Assembly: GCA_000934665.2 (NCBI GenBank) | Contig: KZ538656.1 | Location: 1 to 55,786 of the forward strand | Reading direction: 5' to 3' | Source: Catajapyx aquilonaris | Lineage: Eukaryota | Length of the DNA: 55,786 nt | In this document: piece after piece, positions 46,637 through 55,786 of the stretch | How the letters are laid out: every line of letters begins with the position of its first letter | Position numbering within the stretch: the first letter of the stretch is position 1 | Program-made: the position numbers and the translations under genes | The notes under the pieces: model-generated | Told to the model about the DNA's origin: nothing | Seen by the model: only the letters and a program-made list of their open reading frames with translations | Database searches by the model: none

Positions 46637-48367
46637 GATTTGGTAATGTATTTGGACCATAATGTGAGTGTGTGAAAAGTGGTACGTGTTTTTTTATGAG
46701 GATGCACATATCATTCCTGACTAAGTAACGCACACTGCCTTGTATTTTGTTAAAAATACTATATGTGACAATTTTACACGTATGTGACAATAAGTGACAT
46801 GTTTATGATTAGTCAATATGGAACTAACATGTGAAAAAGTGTTTTTTAAAATGTGGCTGTGACCTTGTTGCAAAAAAAAAAAACTGGATGTGAAAAACTG
46901 TAAATTAACGACACACGGTTTGACATGCAATTAATTTGTGCTTAAAGTATATGCGCAATAATAAAGCTACTGACTTGAAAAAATGTCAAAGGTTAACATT
47001 GATACATTTTATCTTTTATCCTGTTTTCCAGGTCTTTAATCATGGGTTACTTCAACATTTTTCTCATCACAACCATGTGTGATTGCCAAAGTGATGACAT
47101 AAAGTTGCCACTTAAATAGATATGAACATTAGCTCTTGATATGAGTGAGAATGATTGTGAGCTATATCTGTTTCACATTTCAAGTGTCTGCACTAGGATC
47201 AATGACCACAGCTTTTATTAGCACTTAGCGCAAAGAAAGGTTATTTTGTGATACAGGTAAGGAGGTGATAGCTAGGTTTTATGCAATCCCATCTGTGAAT
47301 CATCAATCCTATGATTTTATAAGCTGAACGCATGGGTACAAGAAAGCCTAGGATCATTTCTATTCAAGCTATTGATGGCAAGAATATAGGAGAAAAACAA
47401 GGAACCTCAAAATTGGGCATGCTTCTCACACCCAGGACAGTGAAACTAATATAAAGAGTGTAAAAATACATCTTCTTGTGCAGCGCATTGCTAATTATTT
47501 TTTACAGTACAGATCGAGGAACTGCAATCTATATTATCAACTGTGATGGAAACTCCTCCCACAGCATGGGGCCTATTGCTTTGGGAGTGGTGTCAAAATT
47601 TTGCCCGGGTTTTCTATATTTGCAAACCACTTTTTTTTTTTTTTTGATACGGTGCCGAGGGACTTTGTAAAACTCAAGAAACGCAAAAAAAATCTGACCA
47701 CGGCCGTTCCACGGAATTGCCATTTCCGCCGTTCCGGGCGCCACCTTCTGGGTGGCGACTTACTTTTTCACTTCACCATCTTACTTCCGCACTTCACCGT
47801 CGGATGTCGCTTCGATGCTTCTGCCTGGTGCGGGTCTCTCTCTCTCTCTCTCTCTCTCTCCACTTTCGCACTTTTGCCTAATTTTTTGCCTAATTTTGGC
47901 AAGTTGGTGCCTAGTAACCCCCCGGCTACTACCTTGAATTGCATCACAGTATTCCTGCCATAGTGCCATTCCTGGGTTTGGGAGAGCCCAGAATGTTTGC
48001 ATATTTTAAGAAATTCATACACTGGCCTCTTATGTATATGGTGGGCACTGCTTAAATTCAGGAGGAGAGGGGGCCAGTCTATGTCCATTCCCTTCCTCCT
48101 GCCCCCATATTGGAGGGAACAAACTAACCATGGATATAACACATATAAGAGCAAAAACATTCCCTTCAGAGAAAAAAGGGTAGTAAGACCTCCGTGGCGG
48201 AAAGAAAGTACTGAAACAATATATGTATCATATCATACTAACACGTTTATGCTCTACACTATAATCTGCACCGTGAATGTATTGGAGACGATTTTCGTCG
48301 CAGTCCATAAAAAGTCCATAAAATGATTTTCACACAGATAGTCATAAAAAACGAAATTCGAGTGCTA

Positions 48368-48662
48368 CAGGCCAACGGTTAGTCTGATTTAATTATGAAA
48401 TAGCCTATACTCTAAAATGTATGGAATATATATACATTGAGAACTGTACCGGACGAATTTGCTGAAATCGTGGTACTTTGCAAGAATTCAATCAATACTT
48501 ATCTCCGGCCTGCCTGCGTCACAACTGCAATCTCCCAAACTTATTTAATTTTCGCGAAATTCGACGATTTCAGCAAATTCGTCTGGCACGTTTCTCAAGT
48601 AGATATTCCGCATATATTGTAGCATAATTATTCATACTTAAATCAGCTTCAGAGTTGGCCGG
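48368..48662. mobile_element. TA-flanked MITE with ~100-bp imperfect TIRs
   Basis: TA|CAGGCCAAC...GACGAATTTGCTGAAATCG versus CGATTTCAGCAAATTCGTC...GTTGGCCGG|TA. Confidence 0.75.
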
Positions 48663-48915
48663 TAATACCTGGCGATGGCAATGGCGATGGCGATATAGCA
48701 GGTAGCGAAGGGTTAATAGTACAGTTGAATCCAGATAAAACAAACATCAAGAGATCGCGGAAAAAGTCTGTTATCACCAAGGTCTGTTATAGACAAAGCG
48801 TCACGCAATGAAAACAGAGATTTCTGCTTTCAATATGACTGCAATATGCACTGCTAGACTACATACCGATTAATCCTCGTCTACTAATCCTCTATGAATT
48901 TTCATGAGTCTTTCA

Positions 48916-49560
48916 ACTCATGAAAATTCATAGAGGATAAAAACCATTCAGGTGTGAGGTGTGACAAAAATAATTTTGTGAATCAAAGAAGTTGAAGATT
49001 CCATGCGCCTACAAGTTCATGCAGGAGAAAAACGATTCACTGGTGATAATAATGTGCAGGAAAAAAATTCTTTTGTTAGTTGAAGATTGACATGCGAATT
49101 CATACATGAGAGAAACCCTTATTTTTATATGCTGCTGCCGTAAAATTTGCTGTTACCACATAATATATTGGGAAACTCATGTGAATTCATACTGGAAAGA
49201 GACATCCTGATGGTTGTGAAATTAGCCAAAAGGAATTCTGTAAGAGATATAGACGAAAACCTGTGCACGCATAACTGAACTGATTGCATGGGACCCTAAA
49301 AACTTGACATAATGCACAGGTTTTTCCTGAGATGTCATATGAGAATGCATATGCAATAAAAATCACACAGTTGTCTTGTTTGAAAGAAATGGTTTTGTGA
49401 TGTGTACAAGTAGGCCTAATATATGAAATCTCATATGAGACTGCACCGGACTGCACAGTGGAAAGACACCATTTAGTTGCCCATCTTACCATAAGAGGAA
49501 TAATCAGGCATGTAAATATGAGAAGCCATGTGGGAATGCACAGAAGAGAACAACAAAAGT
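48916..49560 (+). pseudogene. Decayed C2H2 zinc-finger array, paralogous to the 3' end of the downstream ZF gene
   Basis: Broken linkers (catagaggataaaaaccattcaggtgtgaggtgtga; catgcaggagaaaaacgattc; catgcgaattcatacatgagagaaaccc) with stops and frameshifts. 49060-49240 aligns by eye to 55116-55290. Confidence 0.75.
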
Positions 49561-49940
49561 CAAATTGAGAATAGCTTCTAATGAGGAAGTAGCAGTTCCA
49601 CACCAGTAGCGGCGATTGTTGAGTGATAGCGCTTAATCCCGTCCTTCCACCCTGCTCGGTGTGGGGACAGGAACGCACCCTCATTTGCATAAAAAAAATA
49701 AAGAAAATAAAGAGAACTCAAAGATGGCCGACTGAGCATTGTTCGTCTCCACGTGGTTTCCACATCGTCTCTCTCCCAAAGTCCCAAGGGCGAAGATTAC
49801 GCCTGGATTCTCTTGAAGTGCCCCTGACAAGGAAGAGGAAGGGTGGTGTGGTGTTGGAACACACTCTTACACACACACACTGGAGAGGTACAGTCACAGG
49901 GACGTTGTAGTAGAACAGTGGTGATGTGATAATTTAATTC

Positions 49941-51558
49941 ACCAATTTCCAGATGCGCGCCTCTCGCGGCCAAATTTGGCCAGCCATCAATATGGCGGCG
50001 TTATATGTGCAGAGGCGGGACTTTCCTATCCCTGCCCATGTTAAATGGCCTCTGCTTGCTCGCGTCTGGGGGTCTGGCCCCGGGGCAGATCCTGTTCACG
50101 TATTTTTTGTGGAGTGAGGAGGTTCCTGACCTGCCCTCACCAGGTTCCAAAAGTCAATTGGCCCCCGGGCGGACTGCCCCCGGAGTGATTTTCTTAGCGG
50201 TGATCGCGCTTTTCTCATTGCTGTCCGGGCTTCGATTGTCCGCGTCTGGGGGTCTGGCCCGGGGGCAGATCTTGTTGACATACTTTTGTTTGGAGTGAGG
50301 AGGTTCCTGGCCTGCCCTCACCAGGTTCCAAAAGTTAATTGACCCCCGGGCGGACTGCCCCCGGAGTGATTTTGTGAATGGATGGTGATCGCGCTTTTCT
50401 CTTATACAGACTCCGATGGTCCGCGTCTGGGGGTCTGGCCCCGGGCAGACCTTGGTGAGATTTTTTTTTTTTGAAGTGAAGACGTTCCCGCCCTCGGGTT
50501 CCAAAACTTTATTGGCCCCGTGGCGGACTGCCCCCGGAGTGATTTCGTGAATGTGCGAGTTTCTCGATACTAATCCGGCCTCTCATTGTCCGCGTCTTAT
50601 GGCTTGGCCCCGGGGCAGATCTTGCTGGTAACTTTTTTTTTTTGGAGTGACCAAGAGACCGGACCTTCCCTTACCCGGTGCCTGAAGTGAATCGGCCCCG
50701 AGGCGAACTGCCCCCGGAGTTATTTTGTGAGTGGTGACGCCGCTTTTCTCATTATTATATATCCGCCCTCTTTTGTCCGCGTTTGGTGCCCCGGGCAGAT
50801 CTTGCTGAGATTTTTTTTAAATGGTTCCACTAATTTCATAAATTACAGTGTCACATTTTAGACTCCCAGCGTAACAAAACTGCTGCAAAAATATGCACGC
50901 ATACGGTATAGATATACGTATAGCCACATTTAGATTTTAGAAGAAATGACATATTTAAAAAAAAATAATTAATGAGCAATCTACAAATTTACACACACAT
51001 AGTCAAAAGTGAGGTCCATTATCAAAAAGGGTTCATGCTCAACAACATCTGCCCCGGGGCCAAACCACCAAACGCGGACAATAAGAGGGCGGATATAATA
51101 ATGAGAAAAGCGCGGTAACCGCTCACAAAATAACTCCGGGGGCAGTTCGCCTCGGGGCCGATTCACTCAGGCACCGGGTAAGGGAAGGTCCTGTCTCTGG
51201 TCACTCAAAAAAAAAAAAAACCAGCAAGATCTGCCCTGGGGCCAAGGCATATGACGCGGACAATGAGAGGCCGGATTAGTATTGAGAAACTCGCACGTTC
51301 ACGAAATCACTCCGGGGGCAGTCCGCCACGGGGCCAATAAAGTTTTGGAACCCGAGGGCGGGAACCTCTTCACTTCAAAAAAAAAAAAAAAAAAAAAAAC
51401 TCTCACCAAGGTCTGCCGCGGGGCCAGACCCCCAGACGCGAGCAAGCAGAGGCCATTTAACATGGGCAGGGATAGGAAAGTCCCGCCTCTGCACATATAA
51501 CGCCGCCATTTTGATGGCAGGCCATTTGGCCGCGAGAGGCGCGCATCTGGAAATTGGT
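49941..51558. mobile_element. Foldback element: long inverted arms made of ~180-bp GC-rich tandem units around an AT-rich spacer
   Basis: 49941-50060 is the reverse complement of ~51440-51558. Unit starts at 50061, 50241, 50422, 50591 and 50778; the inverted arm spans ~51046-51558; spacer ~50810-51040. Confidence 0.88.
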
Positions 51559-51684
51559 CGATTTGCTTTACTTTTATGTCCTCCTTTGCCCACACTTCAG
51601 AGAAATATTCCTCCTCTTCAGCTGCCATGATTTGTGTGGTACTTGACATGATTGCATGACTTTCACTCTTGTGTTTGCAGGACC

Positions 51685-54600
51685 ATGTCTTTGATCCTGA
51701 AGATAAAGGAGGAGGAAGTGGAGGAGGAAGAAGCGGACATCACAACAGATGAGGAGACCTGGCAGAGTCCCTTGAAGGTGGAGGCCACTTCGTCCTTTGA
51801 TGATGGGTCTACTCTCATGGAAACGTTTGGTGACATCAAGAAGGAGGAAGCGGAGGAGGAGGAGATGGTGGTGGACATGCCTGGGGAGGTTGCTGATGAT
51901 GAAGATGACCCTTTGGCAGGAGGTTCCGGAAGGATTAGTGACGTAAGCAATCTGCTGAAAAGGCAATGTAATATTTACACTAAGGTCCCACCAAATTACA
52001 CAATGTAATACGGTTTTTGTTCATGGGATTTCATCCCTATATCCATGTTCATTAGGTAGAGGAGTTACAGGCAAAGAGTTCTGCTATAATATGTATACAG
52101 GGTGTAAATGAATTCAACCGACAAACTTCTCGGGGTGATAGAGGGGACCAAGACAAACATTTTTGACATAGGAAACCGTGTCCGGAAACGCCATCTAGAG
52201 GGGGTTCATAGACGAGGAACGGGTGCGCTCAGACACGTCACGCGAGAGGCGCAAGTCGAGCGGACTGTTTTGTTGATAGATGGCGCGCAGTTGTTGCCAG
52301 GTTATGGCGTATCGTGTCGTTGTAAGTAAACAACAACCCGATACGCCATAACCTGGCAACAACAGAACCGCTGTTGACTATCCGCGCGTCTCCTAGGAGG
52401 CGGACTTTAGTTGCTAGATGACTCTGTTGTTGCCACGTTATGGCACATCGCATCATTGGTTACTATCCGAGCGCCATCTATCAACAAAACAGTCCGCTCG
52501 CCTAGCGCCTCACGCGTGACGCGTCGGAGCGCACCCATTCCTTGTTTATGAACGCCCTCTAGATGGCGTTTCCGGACATGGTTTCCTATGTCAAAAATGT
52601 TTGTCTTGGTCCCCTCTATCACCCCTAGAAGTTTGTCGGTTGAATTCATTTACACCCTGTATTTAGAGAAACGGCTTCCTATCCTTTCCCCTTTTCCCAG
52701 CTGATGCAAGCCCACTGGTCAGTGGGCGCAGGCCGTGGGAGGCCACTATCTTTACTTAGGTCAAGTTCAATATATTGTTGACATGTGTAGTACTTCCTTT
52801 GCTAAGCGGTGGCATCTCCATGGAAATGTGAAAGGTGATATTAAAGGGAAGATATCTTACATATCTATGCTCCGTGAAAAGACACTGATGAGTCCTTTTC
52901 CGCCCTGGACTTGCACCCGAAGGTGATGGAGCAGTGGTTTGGCATGGTTGTGACAATAATTTATCTTGAGTGCTGAGTCGGAACGAAACTACTTATTTGG
53001 GTTCTTGCAGAACAGCTGATGAGTCTAAACCAAAGTGTTCTGCTATAATTATTATACTAGCAGGTATACTAGCAGGTTACCCGGCGTTGCCCGGATCTGT
53101 TGGGGTGCTGGTAAAGGTAGGGGTAGGCTACATGGCGTACATCATATATTTTAGAACGTTTGTTCGTAAAATTTGCGAACGGACTGTTTTGTTGATAGAT
53201 GGCGCTCAGATAGTAAACACCGAAGCGATGTGCCATAACCTGGCAACAGCAGAGCCATCTAGCAACTAAAGTCCGCGTCCTAGGAGATGTGCGGATAGTG
53301 AACAATGGTTCTGTTGTTTCTAGGTTATGAGTTTATGACGTATCGCATCGTTGTAAGTAAAGAACGACGTGATATGCCATAACCAGGCATTTACACTTAC
53401 ACAGAATACCTCTTCACATCACCGCAAGAAAATTAAAACCGTTTAAACAGTCAACTTTGCAATTTGCAACACGTTACCACTGAGATAGCATTGACAGCAT
53501 CACACCAGGGAGCATATACTACATAAGAGGCGCAAACATTCGATTTTTTCGTCTCTCTGTTTATGGCGTTGCCAAGGCTGGCGGCCATCTTGAAGTGTGT
53601 GGTGCGCCAACGAGGTATAAATAGGGTACAGGCAGGCCGTCATGGTCCACGGGGGTCCACCATCTTTGATGGTTTTGGCGGCCATGGCAACTACACGGCA
53701 ATAACACGCGCGAATTTGAATTCGATATTAAGCGTATTCGGCAATTCAGATTTTTCTGAGATGCGTCACGTGATATCTGAGTTGTTAGCCCCGCCCCTCA
53801 GAAGATTATTGCCGAACGGCCGAACTGAGCATGGAGGAATTATTCCTCCATGGAACCAAGAGATGGAACTAAGAGACCCCCCTACCCGCCATTTGTGCTG
53901 CATCCCAGTGATGACAATGTATGCGGGTATTTCGGTGCCGTATTTCGGACGCTTGCGGGTAATGGTGCGGGTAAAATGAAAATGCGGGTAAAATCGGGTA
54001 TTTTCAGGTCCTCTCGCGGGGTTTTTGGGCATTTTGCATTGGCAACACTGCTGCATCCATAACAATAATTTGTTTGTTAATTGTTTCTCAGCAAGTAAGT
54101 GAGGTCAGGAGTACACTAAGTTCCTGAGCTTGGGAAGTCAGGTAGGGCGCATGCGCACTTACTTCAGGGGGCGTGGCACCTGATTTGCCGAACATCCAAA
54201 CAGCCCAGGAAGTCAGATTCCTGAATTGCCGAATACGCCTATTGGAATGGGTAAGTAAATTGTTATTGCCGTGTATTGCCATGGCAGCCAAAGCCATCAA
54301 AGATGGCGGACCCCCGCGGACCTTGACGGCCTGCCTGTACCCTATTTATAACTCGTTGGCGCACCACACACTTCAAGATGGCCGCCAGCCTTGGCAACCC
54401 CCTATAAACAGAGAGACGCGGACATCAAAGGCGCCGACAGAAGTTTGCGCCTCTTATGTAGTATATGCTCCCTGATCACACTATTCACATGAATAATTCA
54501 CATTCGAATAAACAAAATTAATGCACTGTTATTCACTTTCCAGGTTGTGCAAGTGGAAACTGAAGGCAGAGCAGATGAGGATCGCATCCTTGAGGAGATT

Positions 54601-55200
54601 AACAAGGGGATACGGGATGGAAGAAAAACTCACATGGTGAGAAAGCACATGCGAATTCATACAGGAGAAAAACCATTTACTTGTGAAGTGTGCCAGAAAA
54701 CGTATAATCGTCCAGGTAGGTTGACAACTCATATGCGAGTTCATACCGGAGAAAAGCCATTCACATGTGAGGTGTGCCAGAAAATATTTCGTGCTTCGTA
54801 TACATTAACAAAGCACAAGAAAATTCATACAGGAGAAAAACCATTTACTTGTGAGGTCTGCCAGAATAAATATCGTGATTCAAGTAAGTTGAAGAATCAC
54901 ATGCGAATTCATACTGGAGAAAAGCCATTCACCTGTGAGGTGTGCCAGAAAATATTTAGTGCTTCCTATACATTAAAAAGGCACAAGAAAATTCATACCG
55001 GAGAAAAGCCTTTCACCTGTGAGGTGTGCCAGAAAAAATTCTGTGATTCAAGTAATTTGAAATCTCACATGCGAATTCATACAGGAGAGAAACCATTTAC
55101 TTGTGAGGTCTGCCAGAAAAAATTTCGTGAATCAAGTAAGTTGAAGATTCACATGCGAACTCATACAGGAAAGAAATTTCAATTTTTTGCTGTGCCATAA
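51685..55200 (+). CDS. C2H2 zinc-finger protein (acidic N-terminus + 6 complete Kruppel-type fingers); exons 51685-51942, 54544-55200 (304 aa)
   Basis: Acceptor at 51680, ATG at 51685, acidic IKEEEVEEEE...DDPLAG segment, phase-0 GTAAGC donor, in-frame acceptor at 54543; six FTCEVCQ...H...H fingers with TGEKP linkers. Confidence 0.85.
52098..52659. mobile_element. Tc1/mariner-type MITE with ~190-bp TIRs
   Basis: TA|CAGGGTGTAAATGAATTCAACCGACAAACTTCT...AGAAGTTTGTCGGTTGAATTCATTTACACCCTG|TA. Confidence 0.9.
53069..53390 (-). mobile_element. Helitron-like 3' end with adjacent sequence shared with the 52098 MITE core
   Basis: Minus strand CCGGGCAACGCCGG hairpin, 8 nt, then CTAG|T. 53178-53390 is the reverse complement of ~52297-52497. 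Confidence 0.6.
53506..54474. mobile_element. P/Galileo-like long-TIR non-autonomous element with 7-bp TSD
   Basis: CAGGGAGCATATACTACATAAGAGGCGCAAAC termini, ~240-bp imperfect TIRs, TSD ATCACAC at 53499-53505 and 54475-54481. Confidence 0.82.
53906..54050. mobile_element. Small hAT/P-like MITE nested in 53506-54474
   Basis: CAGTGATGACAATG / CATTGGCAACACTG termini; 8-bp TSD CTGCATCC at 53898-53905 and 54051-54058. Confidence 0.8.
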
Positions 55201-55786
55201 TTTTGTTTGAGATGATGTTATCCCATAATTGGAAATGTCATGTGAATTCATGCAGGATAGAGACGTTTGTAACATTTGCCAATCTGACATGTGGTTGAAG
55301 ATGACCCTGTGGTAGTCAGTAATAGTGGTGTATGCTATTCTCTCTGTCTAAAAAAAAAAAAGAATGTTAATTATTCTACAGAATTTATATTATTTATACC
55401 CAATCTCCCAAGTTCCCATGGAATGCCCTGGCGCAACAATACCTCGATGACTCGGTGGATGTCTCGGGTCCTCTTTTTTTTCTTCTTTTTTTCTTTTTTT
55501 TTTCCACGACTAGTGGAGCAAGTTGTGAATAGCGAAAGTAGCAGTTCTGCATCAGTAGCGGCGATTATTCAGAGGAGATGGGTAGCGCATAAGCACGTCC
55601 TTACACCCTGGTGAGGCGGTGGGAACGCACCTCATTTGAATTTTTTAAAAAAGGCATTCAAGATGGCCGCCTTGTTCTAACCAGGGCTGTGTTTTTACTC
55701 CCTCTCCAGGAAGATGGAGAGGGGGCGTGGTCTCTACCCTAGCGTTTTTGGTGCCTCTCCAGAAAGTTGGAGAGGGGGGAAATGGG

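Noticed and set aside
50061..50810. CRISPR-like repeat-spacer array
   Set aside because: Eukaryotic context; the units are homologous along their whole length (no unique spacers) and no cas genes are present.
52701..52760. Possible extra ZF-gene exon after CCTTTTCCCAG
   Set aside because: No convincing in-phase donor, and the two flanking exons already join in frame.

Overview
Eukaryotic, intron-rich genomic DNA, most likely from an arthropod and probably a non-dipteran insect (inferred from the vermilion/TDO, PVF and acidic KEE..DPL C2H2-ZF protein styles; the species cannot be determined). Six genes can be rebuilt by hand from GT-AG splice sites: the 3' part of Nup58 (+), RpS3 (-), cathepsin O (+), tryptophan 2,3-dioxygenase/vermilion (-), a PDGF/VEGF-related factor (+) and a six-finger C2H2 zinc-finger gene (+) preceded by a decayed paralogue. 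Introns and spacers are full of MITEs (Tc1/mariner-, PIF-, hAT-, piggyBac- and P-like), a decayed mariner, tRNA-derived SINEs (several with a V-SINE core), a Helitron end and a 1.6-kb foldback element built from ~180-bp repeats. Most interesting points: (1) the CtsO-TDO tail-to-tail pair beside a PDGF/VEGF gene mirrors the human TDO2-CTSO-PDGFC neighbourhood; (2) candidate alternative last exons would give PVF a polybasic matrix-retention tail or a short soluble tail; (3) one arm of the foldback element carries extra ~180-bp repeats next to a rapidly evolving ZF locus; (4) a stop-containing Nup58 exon could give a p45-like isoform; (5) the TDO start codon appears split by an intron. No prokaryotic, CRISPR or rRNA features were seen, and no snoRNA could be supported. 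All homology calls come from recalled motifs, not database searches.
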